Shown here: positions 1-11,170 of the stretch, in pieces
How the letters are laid out: every line of letters begins with the position of its first letter
Position numbering within the stretch: position 1 is the stretch's first letter
NCBI GenBank assembly: GCA_035084275.1
Contig: CM068761.1
Location: forward strand, 3,534,001 to 3,598,000
Reading direction: 5' to 3'
Length of the DNA stretch: 64,000 bases
Source of the DNA: Hydrolagus colliei
Taxonomy: Eukaryota
Program-made: the position numbers and the translations under genes
Notes under the pieces: model-generated
Told to the model about the DNA's origin: nothing
Databases searched by the model: none
What the model saw: only the letters and a program-made list of their open reading frames with translations

Positions 1-9
1 CAACCTTCA

Positions 10-209
10 NNNNNNNNNNNNNNNNNNNNNNNNNNNNNNNNNNNNNNNNNNNNNNNNNNNNNNNNNNNNNNNNNNNNNNNNNNNNNNNNNNNNNNNNNNN
101 NNNNNNNNNNNNNNNNNNNNNNNNNNNNNNNNNNNNNNNNNNNNNNNNNNNNNNNNNNNNNNNNNNNNNNNNNNNNNNNNNNNNNNNNNNNNNNNNNNNN
201 NNNNNNNNN
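10..209. other. Assembly gap (200 N)
   Basis: Run of N from 10 to 209. Confidence 0.99.
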
Positions 210-259
210 TCACTAATCAAACGGTGTGGGGGAGAGGAGAGAAACCGACTACGGTTCAA

Positions 260-501
260 ATCTGGAAGTGCAGTGAAGACAGGCGGGATCGGAGGGCGCC
301 TTATGTGCGTCATCATGTAGGTGCCGACTGGGAAGAGAGGACCCACAGCTGGCGGGCTGCTCACAGAGACAGACACACACACACACACGGGGCGGCTGTG
401 GAGGTACTGAGGGAGAGAGAGAGAGAGAGAGAGAGACTGACTGAGGCCTGGTGTAACGGGGGGAGAGCCCGGGCTTCGCGTATTGGCCGGGGCCAGGGAG
501 A
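260..501 (+). promoter_or_regulatory. Probable DENR promoter / non-coding exon 1 (CpG-rich)
   Basis: GC/CpG-rich stretch with GGAAGTG (ETS-like), GGCGGGA and TGCGTCA (CRE-like) motifs. A possible donor GAGA|GTGAGG lies at about 501/502, upstream of the ATG exon. Confidence 0.45.
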
Positions 502-859
502 GTGAGGCCTCACCGGGGTGGGGTGGGGGGGGAGAGAGATACCTCGGTGTGTGTGGGGAGGGGAGGGGGGGGGAGGGAATCCCTGGCCATTTGTCTCCTA
601 CAATATATTGAATTATATATAATATATACACCGAGTTGTAATATATATTCTAATGTACTTTATATTGTAATATGTTCTATGCTGTAACATGTGATCTATT
701 TTAATACACTACCCATGTCCAATATACTTTATATCTATAATTCTGTATTGAAATATATATATATATACAGAGATATATACTATATTGAAGCATCCAAATG
801 CAATACGAATACAGTACTTTGCAATGTCAGCCCACAGGATAATTGATGGCTGATGACTC

Positions 860-1213
860 CAGTCTCATTGGTAGCTTAGTGGGTTTAGAGGCACTCGCCT
901 CGCAAGCGAGAGGACGCGGATTTAATTCCCAGGCAGCGCGAAACCTTAGGCAAGTTTCCTTACTCCACGCACGCCTCTGTTTACCCAGCAGTGAGAGCCC
1001 AGTTGTTTGTCGATCGGTGGAGCGTTTTCTGGGGATAATAAATCTCTTTCCCCCCTGAATAATACTGTAATTCGGTCACTCGATCCACGACTGTTTGTGC
1101 GACACTGCTGTGCGCAATTGGCGGCCATGTTTCGTCCACAAAATACGGTCAATACTATATATGCAACAACGTGATGAAGGCGCTATATCAAGTGCGAGGA
1201 TTATTATTATTAT
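860..1213 (+). mobile_element. tRNA-derived SINE, near full length
   Basis: tRNA-like head (GTAGCTTAGTGG...AATTCC), conserved core GACTGTTTGT..ACACTGCTGTGCGCAATTGGC and L2-like tail GCGCTATATCAA.TGC.AGGAT(TAT)n shared with many copies in the window. Confidence 0.8.
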
Positions 1214-1327
1214 TAGAAGCCAGGGCCTCGCTTGTGGCCGAGTGCACACTCACTTGCTTCAGAACCGAGGAATGTTTGTAATTTTGTCTTGTTTCTTTTC
1301 TTACAATCGGTTCGTCAGATTCATAGG

Positions 1328-4300
1328 ATGGCCACAACCGAAACTACGTTACCTGAGAGTAAAGGGGAAGGAAAACCATCCCGAAGCGATACTCAGTATC
1401 CATTAAAAGTACTCTACTGTGGAAGTAAGTTCCTCAAGACAACAACGGCGAGAAAATTGGTGATCTTTTATATTCACAAAGATCAAGTAGCTTTGCTGGT
1501 TCTATAAAACCAGAACTAGTTTGTTCTAGTTTCGTAGAACTAACTTATGAGGTGTTGTAGCCGGCTTCAGTATTATTCTGGCTTCAGCGTGTTAGTTACT
1601 CCAGATGTGGTTTGTTTACAGGCGCGCGTGTGCTTGTATTTGTGATTTATCAGTTTGTGGGGCCGAGGGGTGTTAAAATCAGATCACAATCTGTCAGCTG
1701 TCAATCAGCACCTTCCTGGAGCGTCTATTGTTGCCGTGGGAGGCACCTAGACGACGTTCTATGGCTTTGCCTTAGTGGAAGGACGCGGTGCTTTTTTTTC
1801 TCTCGTGATGTTGTCGGCTTGCAGGATGGAGCTTGGCTCAGGTTTTCATGGGTGAGGAGGTGGGTGGAGGGAATATGGGTTAGAGTGGAGAGCTACAGTG
1901 GGAGAGTGAGCAGCAGCACAGACACCATGGGCCACATGAGCTGCTTTCGAGCTGTGAACGCCACGTGAATCTGTTTACACCTATGACATTTTTAAAGGGT
2001 TCTGAAATTTTCCAAACTCATTTTTGTTTAGCTGAAATAAGTTGGAAATGTTTATGCGAGCTCATATTTCTGAAATCACTCTTGTGTGTTTCTCCCTCTT
2101 CTTTCCAGTTTGCTCATTACCCACAGAGGTAAGTGCAATCAACTACTTTACAAAAAGACTGCACTTATCTTAGTTACTTCCTCTGTAGTTTTAAAAAAAA
2201 GAATTAAACCTCTCACCCTTGTAGTTTAATACCGTACGCCTTTTACAGTGGCTGAGAAAGTTTTCAGATTGGTGAATAATTTCTGCTCTGTTAGATTTTC
2301 TTTTCAGTGTGAGAGACTGTGGTGTGGGCGTGAAATTTATTGAGGGGATGGGGTGTTCTGTGAACTAACGCATTTTTGTCAAGAGAGTGGATTGAATTCT
2401 TACCTGTATTAAATTTATACCATGAGTTACACTTTTAAATCACTAGGTGTCAGTCTGGGTGCTCATTAACTACACCACATTAAATGGGCTGTCACTGACG
2501 TAGGAATTCGGCAGCTGCTTTTAATTCAGCGAGACCGTAGCCAAGGCCAAGATATGAGATACCCTCCACATAACTTGCTTCCTCAATCCACAGGCTGGGA
2601 GTGAGGGAGGTTTCCTGGCTATAAGGAAACCATTGCTAACCGCTGTGCTTTTCTTCCAGTATTGTGAATATATGCCCCAGTACACCAAGTGCAGACAGTG
2701 GCTGGAGAAGAACTGTCCCGAGGAATTTGCAAAGCTTAGTATAGGTAAAGGAGGGAATTAAAGGGTGACATACTGTACTGCTGGATTGATACTGAGCTCT
2801 GTCCACTCAGCGCACTTTGGCTTGCTCCACGTCCCCCGCCCAGCCAACCCCACAATCAGCCACCAATCCACCATCGGTTGGGCCGTTCTGCTTCTCTTTG
2901 GAACCCCATTCCACAGTCCCCTTACCTCGTTCCCTTCCTTGTCTCCTTCATGCTTCACCTCAAGACTTTCCTCTTCGACCCCGCCTTCAGTCACCCACCA
3001 CATTCTCCTTGCGCTCCACCACTCCTGATCCCAAAACCTCGGACACAAATGCTTGACTGTCTGGCGCCTCCTGGCATGAAAGGCGCTGTGTAAATGTCAT
3101 CGTTGGATTATTGTTTGAAAGTACGAATGAATGGTTGAAATCTTCGTCGGTGTTTGTAGGCAGGCAGGTACTGGGACCCACCAAGAGGATGGGGAGGTGG
3201 GTGGGTGTGAGGGGGGGGGGGGTTGTGGATTGGTGTGTATCACGCTGAGTGGTCCTGTGTTGCTCCATGTGTTTAAAGCAGATCAATGCCTACAGCAGGA
3301 TGCGGGGAGTGGGGACACGCCTGTGGGAGAGGAAAAAGAAAAGAAGAAACAAACACGAGGTGATTGATTTTCTTGTTTTCGTCTCTACTGAATACGTTGA
3401 CCGTCCCAAATCCTTGACTGTCAAATGCCTTGTGACGTCCTCCCGACAAGAAATGCGCTGAATAAGTGTAATTTGTTGTTGTTAAAACTCCCCCCCTCCT
3501 CCCTAATCGTTCTCCCTCTGTGGTTCACAACTCCCCTCCCTTGCTATGCGGGCACTATTCATGTGTAAACCTTAACAATTGGTGTCGACAAAGTATTCAA
3601 CAAAACCGGGGAGTGGGACATGATACGATCTTCTTCACATCTCGAAGCAGAGTTCAGGTGACAGATTGAGCAGTCGCACGGCTTCTTAGGAAGGAGCAGG
3701 GAGATTGGGGTTAGTAAAGGGAAAGCCCAGATGTGTGGAGCTGAACAGCCTGCTTCTATAGCTCAGTGGTTAAGCACTCACTTTACAAGCGTGAGACCTG
3801 TGTTCGAATCCAGGCAGATCAGGGTTTCCTTACTCCACATGCCTAATAATCTGTCTAAAAATCCCACAATAATAAAAAAAATTGGTAATTTAGATCCATG
3901 ACTGTTTGTGGGGACACTGCTGCGCGTAATTGGCTGCCACGTTTCACCCACAAATATACAGTCAATTCACTTTACAGTATATTCTGTGAAGCGCTTTGAG
4001 ACATTGATAAGATGTGAAAAGCACTATATCAAATCCAAGGATTATTATTATTATTCTCCTCATGGGTGGTGGGTGGGAACAAGCCTTGCAGTGACGAGCT
4101 GGTTTGAGGGGTTCTCTGTTTCTCCCCCCAGGTGGCAGAGGTGTGATTAGAAACAAGAAGAAGACGGTGCCCCAGAAAGTTACGATAGCCAAAATTCCAC
4201 GAGCCAAAAAGAAATACGTGACCAGAGTGTGCGGCCTGGCGACATTCGGCAAGTATCCATCTGAATTCTCTCTCTATCCTTGTGAATTATTCGGGATTAT

Positions 4301-5432
4301 TCAACAAAGGGTCCCGTACCCTGGAACCCGGAAACGGCCAAAGGCCAATAGGCAATGAGTCCAGTTTGTCACAAGATCTCCCCATCCTTGCCACTTGCCT
4401 TCGATCAGATCCTCCCCCAACCTCCTCAACTCTTGGATGTGTAAAGCCAGTTTAACCCCAGCCTGATAGAGGGGGTGGGTGGGGGGGGGGTCATGGCTAA
4501 ATCAATTTATAATTGCATTTATAATTTATATAGCATCCTCCACGCTAGCTATTTCGTTTATGACATGTTTTAAAAATTGGTTATTCTAATCTACGACTGT
4601 TTGTCATCGATTAGAATAACCGCGTTTTGCCCACAAATATAGTCAATTCATTTTACAGGATATTTTGTGAAGCGCTTTGAGATGTCTAGACGTATTATTA
4701 TTAAATATAAAACCCCTCCTATCTATCTGCCTGGATATCAATCCGGCTGAGTTCTCTCTAAGGTCAGTATGACCTTCCTAATTATGGTTCATTCGCTCTT
4801 TTCCTCTGCCCTCAGCAATAACTTTTAAATGATCAAACGCCCACAAGACGATACCTGTAGCTCACCCTGTAGTCCCTGCGTGGGTTGAGATACTCGCTAT
4901 GCACACAGCCCATGGCAATAATAATTTCCCTTTTCTGTCTTTCTACGTTTGTTTTAAACAAAAAACAAGAGATCGAGTTAAAAGAAGCGCAGAGGTTCTT
5001 TGCTCAGAAATTCTCGTGCGGGGCTTCAGTTACGGGAGATGATGAAATCACGATTCAGGGTGACGTGACAGATGATATTATGGATGTTATTCAAGAGAAA
5101 TGGCCTGAGGTAAGAAAGCTCCATGATCGTGACCCTATCGCCACCATCCTCGCCCAGCTCCACTGGCTCCCCATCCCCCAGGGAATAGAGTTCAAATCCT
5201 CATCCTTGCTTTTAGAGCTCTCCACTGTCTTGCTCCTCCGTATCTCTCGTGACCTCCTAACTCTACTCTCCCGTCCCGATCCCAACTCCCATCCTTGACT
5301 GTCCAGCACCCTGGGGCGTCGTCCCCGGACTTGAAAGGCACTGTGTAAATGTTGTTTGCTGTTGTTGTTGTTGTCTTCTGTTTGTAGGTGGATGACGAGT
5401 CCATTGAGGATCTTGGCGAAGTAAAGAAGTGA
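1328..5432 (+). CDS. DENR: Density-regulated protein DENR (translation re-initiation factor, SUI1 domain, MCTS1 partner)
   Basis: Coding exons 1328-1424, 2109-2128, 2660-2744, 3282-3359, 4132-4248, 4970-5109 and 5388-5432 splice in frame. Product: MATTE...[22 protein letters not shown]...KCRQWLEKN...[54 protein letters not shown]...[21 protein letters not shown], close to human DENR as recalled. AATAAA at 5653 and 5813. Confidence 0.97.
2860..3100 (+). mobile_element. L2 LINE 3' end fragment
   Basis: LWNPIP...LKTFLFD-like peptide and the tail GAAAGGCGCTGTGTAAATGT. Related fragments lie at about 5125-5375(+), 13110-13280(+), 16290-16420(-), 20050-20250(+) and 43300-43530(+). Confidence 0.65.
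3755..4054 (+). mobile_element. tRNA-derived SINE, full length
   Basis: A box TAGCTCAGTGG, B box GTTCGAATCC, the shared core and a (TTA)n tail. Confidence 0.88.
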
Positions 5433-7895
5433 GCTGACAGACAGTCAGGGCTGTATCCGGTCAGTGGGCAAAATCGATTCGGCCAAAAGATAACAAGAAT
5501 CAGGCTTTTTATTAAAGTTCACCCCCTCCCCTCCTCCTCTCCACAGACGGCCTCAGTGGATTTGAGGCACTTACTTGTCGTTTGGTTGCCAAAGCTCCTG
5601 TGGGATTCCTGGATCACATTGAAGAATGTCGTGTGCACTAAGTCCTTAGTTTAATAAAAGTCTCAGTTTGGATCTCCTGCCGATTCCTTCTTGCCTGAGC
5701 TTCTCATTTACATTTACTTGTCCTCGTGATTAACATTTTCCTCGCCCTTGCCTTGCGTCCCGAGTGGTGCTCGTGTGGTTTAAATGGCAACAAATTAAAA
5801 TCCGTTCTTCTAAATAAAAAAAAGGCGAAGACACAATTGTGACCCATCTTCTCACTGGACGTTTAATAAGCTGAAGCTAACATACCGCTTAAGGCAGTTT
5901 CCTGATGGCTTTTTACAAAAAATGAATACCTGACCTCAAACCAAGAAATGACTCCATGTACAGTAGAACCCTGTTATAATGTGAGAGTTGAAGTCCATAA
6001 TATTTCCAGTCTGCTTTGTAACGGGGTGTGAGAGTGAGTGCTTCTGGTCAGTACACGTATATTAGATGCAAGGATTAATATATTATTCTAACAAGTGGAT
6101 TCCTCTGAAAACCAGTGTAATAACCTGGGCCAATAGAAAACTGCAGAAATATTTGCCCAAGATGATGGGGGAAATTTGCAGTTGGGTTTGGGGCTTGATT
6201 GATGCTGTTGAAGAATATTTTACTGCCAACAACCTACATTTATCAATTTTATCGATTTAAAAACTGGACATGAGAAAATAACACTTCTTTTCGACAAAAA
6301 AAATGGTTTCCTTCCTTAACAAAAACCGACACAAAGTGACAGACACTCACAAAGATATGCACAGGAAACAGACATTCACACAGACACTCCAAACACGTAC
6401 GGAGGCGCGAGACACTCACACAGACACATGTAAACAGGGAGAGAAACAAAAGCAGAAATTGCTGGGAACACTCAGCAGATCGGGTAGCTTCTATAGAGAA
6501 AGGAAAGTGAGTCAATGTTTCGGGTCCACAACCCTTTGTCAGAGAGAGAGAGACTCACACAGACACCAACAGATGTACACTCCCAGGCATTCAGAGACAC
6601 ACAGAAGAGATGCTTACATAACAGAGACAGACACAAACACAGACGCGCACAATCACAGCCACACATACAGACGATCACGATAGTGGGGCCTCCCAAGCGA
6701 AGCCCATTTCTCGCTTGTGCATTCTGAACCGTTCCGCCCACAATGACATTGAAAAGGTGCCACCACACATCACTATTGGCCCAGGTTATAACCTGGTAGT
6801 GGGACAGATAAGAGAGGTAGACATTTATTTGGGGAGGACGTGTTTATGAGGTTATGGGGCGAGAGCTGGGCAGTGGGATTAAATTGCTCTTTTCAAAGAG
6901 CCGGCACAGACTCAATGGGTCAAATGGCCTCCTTTTGTGCTGAAAGATTCTATGATTCTATGATAAAGCAACATATCTCTAGCAGACAAATGCTGTCCCC
7001 TTGAGCTGCAAATTGAAAGTCTTTAAGAACACAAAGAGCTTCACTGCAAGTGGAACTGAACCTTAAATTAAGGACACGATCTTTTGAAATGGAGCCTTAC
7101 AAAAGAGGTGAGGAATTGGTCAGAAAGAGTGGACAATTCTGGTGGAGGAGTTGACTTAATAGCAAATCTGATGCCATTCCTGTGCTGTGCTGATTTCCAC
7201 ACTGAGTATCAGCCCCCCCCCCCCCCCACACACACACACACACACAGTGGGGTATAACCCTCAAAGGCAGTCACAGCCATGTTTAGCCCCCAAATATAGG
7301 CAGGGAAACCCAGCTTTTGCAGCGCAAATGGATCCCCTGCCCATCCACCCCATTCGATATAATAGAACACGATAGGTGCCAACTCTTCAAATATTATTCA
7401 CTGGATCATGAAATGTGGACAAAGCCTCGACTATCCCATTCCTCTTAGTGACGCTTGTGTTATGTGAACCTCTGCAGGTATCCAGCTTTAGGAACGATCG
7501 CGATCAGAACATCTCAAAGCAACAACAATTTATATCGACACAAACAGCCTTTCACGTAGGAAGTGCCTCAGAGTGCCTGAAGCTAGTTGTTTGATATATT
7601 TTATATATATATATATCCTTAGGGGTAAACAACATAACAAGAGTGTGTCTGGTCCATACCTGTTCAAGGGGATGTTGAACATCCAGGGACAGTATTGGAA
7701 AAGAAGAGAAACTCTGCTGTATCCTGGGTGACCAGAGAAAAGCAGCCACTTATGTCAGCCTTGCTTGCAAAAGGTTGCTGTGTGGCAATGGCTGCTGCGA
7801 ATTGCCTCCAGGAAATAAGTCACCGCGCTTCACAACAATCCCAGCCGCAACGTTCCAACATAGGAACAGAGGTGCTGACCTCCCCCGGCCTTCGC

Positions 7896-8200
7896 TCACG
7901 CACTGAAGGATTGGGTGGTGTGGCTGTCAACTGGAATCCATTTGATAGGTTTGAGAGAGGAGTGTTGTAAAACACCTGGACTGAAACCCCATAGTGCCTG
8001 CAGTGGAGATGGCTGATCCTCCTGTGCACACTCACAGATATCAGCGCCAGGCAAGAATTTTAAAAAAAAACATTTTGAAGAGAGGAACTTTGTGCCTGAG
8101 CACCGGTAAAATTGGCCCTCACAAAGTCCTCCCACAGCGCGCGCTGGCAAGCAACACAAGACAAAGACTATATCAACAGCGCAGCAAGGAGCTTGATGGC
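7896..8200 (-). pseudogene. Decayed partial duplicate of the HCAR-like GPCR (TM6 to C-terminus remnants)
   Basis: 7821-7952 aligns to 11097-11228, including 45 identical nt (7890-7934 = 11165-11209) and the PVDSHTTQSFSA* end. 7953-8051 aligns to about 11380-11475 and 8143-8200 to about 11474-11532. About 150 bp covering DPIVY/helix 8 is deleted, about 90 bp is inserted, and TM1-5 are absent. Confidence 0.88.
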
Positions 8201-8329
8201 CAACGCTCTTCCCCACTCTTCGTGTGCACCCTTTTGTATAAAATGCATCATATGAAACAGTAAACGATTTGGACTTGTATAGGGTCCTCCACACCTGGCA
8301 GGGATTTCAAAGAGCTCAGCAGTGGCAGA

Positions 8330-8830
8330 GGCTCACTCTGGACCTGGGGGATGGAGGTGTTGCCTGTAAGCACAGTCAAAGAGGAAGGATTTCAGGCTGG
8401 GCTTGAAAAGGGGGTGAGATGGGGGAGCCTGGCCAGAACTAGTGAGATGTGGATACGGAGTTGGGTCCGGGTCAGGATGCGGGCCGCAGAATTCTGAATC
8501 AGTGGAGCTGGGGAGACCGGCGACGAGTGCGTTGAAGTAATACAATCGGGAGGTGACAAACACATGGATGAGGGTTTCGGTTGCATTTGGGGTCGAAAGC
8601 AGGCAATGTGGCGGAGGTGGAAGAAGACGGTGCTGACCAGGGACCGGATGTGGGAGGAAGGACAACTGGGGGTCAAACTGGACGCCTGGATTGCGCTCCC
8701 TGGTTCAGTGAGTCTGAGGGAATTCCCAGGGAGGTTGAGGACTTTAGAACCACAAGAGTGAAGGTGTTCCTAGGAGCCAAGGAGTATGGCTTCCACCTTA
8801 TAGTTTATTCTCATCCAGGTCAGACAAGCT
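8330..8830 (-). mobile_element. L2-clade LINE ORF2 3' fragment
   Basis: Frameshifted peptides FFHLRHIACFRP, TETLIHVFVTSRLYYFNALVAGLP, LIQNSAARILTRT and FKPSLKSFLF are typical of the L2 ORF2 C-terminal region. Confidence 0.85.
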
Positions 8831-10589
8831 GATACAGTAAAAGCTTGATAATCCCACACGGTTGGGACTGCCGGATTTCGGAGTTTGTGCAGGAATTTCC
8901 TACTGTTCCAACCAGCAAGTTAAACATCAGCAATAAATCAACCCAGTTACAAGCCTTTGGGGACCTCAGGGAACGCGTTGAGGGGGTAGCTCCTGGAGTC
9001 TACAACTACATAATTTGTCACTGAGAGTACAAGTCTGGCCAAGTCACAAATGAAGTCGCATTAAGTCAAATGCTCCAGTTTCTCACAGCACAGCACAGGA
9101 CAGTACTAACATGTTGGACAAACTCTGTGCTGACCTCCTTTCTGTTAAATAAAATTCATCAGCTTCTAATTTTCCAGATACAACATAAACACCACAACAC
9201 AGGGCAGAGAGAGAGAGGCTGGCTAGCTTTATACAAAATCAGCAGCGAAATAATCACTAATTACTCCAGTAGCTTATTGCTTGGAGAAAATATTACTGTA
9301 AAAAGCCATGGACTGCATTTTTTTGACATTGGGTGGATTAATCCTGTGCTAAGGGAGAGATTTCTTGGGATCGAGTGACGATTGCATCTCTTGCCCTTAG
9401 TCAGAAACAATTTTCGTGTTATTGTTGGTAAAAAGAAATGCAGAAGGAAACGTTTAAAGGAAACTGAGATCATTTTAAAAAAAGTGTGCAGAGAAGTGGG
9501 GGTTAGGAGGAGCGTAAATTCAACTTGGTAGATGCTTAACTTGCTGGTTGGAGCAGTAGGGAATCCCCTCACATTCCACAAATTCAATTCGTCCCTCCCT
9601 CCCTCTCTCTGCCCACGTTCCCATGTCTCAGCACTGTATCCCCAATAAGGCCATTGCAATCAACGACAACAACAGAATTACAATTTTAGGGCAACCTTTC
9701 ACGTCGGGAGGACGTCCGAACCATATCAATCAAACACTGGCACAACGTCAATTAACGACACTGTTAACCGTGACCATTTGGGAAATAGGTAAGAGGTTTG
9801 CGCAAACACTAGTTTTGTAACTTTCACCTCATGTTTGCTTCTGAATTTTGTATTAAAAGTAATTTCATCAGCAGCCCTTCTTATTTCTTCGCACATGTGC
9901 ACCTTATTTGGTTGAAACATCCTGAAAGTGTTGTGCGGGATGTCACTGTTATTGCCATTTCTTTCGGCGAATATCTGCCTGTACTCGCCCACATTTTACC
10001 GTGTGTTTAACGGGTATTTCCGAAAACGTAGATCATTGAGTACGTGCTTAGTAACACATTCAAATCAAATATACAAAAGCTGTACATTCGGAAGGAAAGC
10101 TTCAGGTTGTCTGGGTCTTTGTCACATGCAAAACACTCCATCAACAAGCAGGATTTTTAGTCAATTGGTGGATCGCTTTCTGGAGGTAATAATCCCCTAA
10201 GATTGTAACAGCCCTAATATGTAGAGTAATAGTCTGACTTTTTTGACCAAATCAATGGTGGAAAATAAAGCAGACACAATCGTGAACCACCTTCTCACTG
10301 GACGTTTAATAAGTTGAAGCTAGCATTGTAATTTAGGCAATTTCTTCCTGGCTTTATACAGAAATTAACCTAGACCTGGAACTAACAAATGGTTCTCTAT
10401 ACAGTAGCACCCTGCTATAATAACAATCACAAAAATAATAATCCTGGATGGCGGCAGGGTATGGGACGGACTTGGAAAACAGCGGTCTTGGTCAGTGAAT
10501 TGGTGGATGGTGGATTTTGGAGTGTTTGGATTGACAAATAAAGAAGCTGATTGACACACCACTGATTTGGATCAATCTATTCTACATCC

Positions 10590-10890
10590 TTTAGCATAGT
10601 GGTTAGCACATTTGCCTCGCAAGCAATCCAGGTTCGATTCCCGGGCTGGGTGAAACCTTCGGCAAATTCCCTTTCTCCACACGCCTCTGTTTAGGAACCC
10701 GGTTGTTAAGTCAATTGGTGAATCACTATCGCTAATAATTTGGTCACTCAATCCACGACTGCGATACTGCTATGCGCAGCTGGCTGTCATATTTCACCCA
10801 CAAAATACAGTCAGTACATTTTATAATATATTCTTACAAAGTCATGATAAGACAGTATATCAAATGCAAGCATTGTTATAATATTATGAT
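10590..10890 (+). mobile_element. tRNA-derived SINE
   Basis: TAGCATAGTGGTTAGCAC...GGTTCGATTCC head, core and tail. Confidence 0.8.
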
Positions 10891-11170
10891 AACACATCTC
10901 AGGCAGACAGACAAAGTCTTTCCTCTTACACTGGAAATAGAAATGTTTTCAAAACACGGACTGAGGCTAATCTACGAGGAGACAATAGCTGTCAACTCAT
11001 TAAATATTATTCACTGGATCATGAAATGTGGGTAAAGCCCCTTTAACTCACTGGGTCTCACCTTTCCTGAATACCCACCGCCACCCTCTTCCTAGACACC
11101 GCGCCCCACAACAATCCCACCCGCGATGTTCCAACCCACATCAGAGGTGTTGACCTCCCCTGGGCTTCGC

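Noticed and set aside
7-213. 68-aa ORF of X residues
   Set aside because: Artefact of the N gap.
4253-4262. GTATCCAT as a U12-type donor in DENR
   Set aside because: Imperfect match to RTATCCTT, and it would break the conserved ATF-EI frame. The GC donor at 4249 fits.
6303-6683. 126-aa T/H/R-rich ORF
   Set aside because: Degenerate CA/GA low-complexity sequence with no recognisable protein features.
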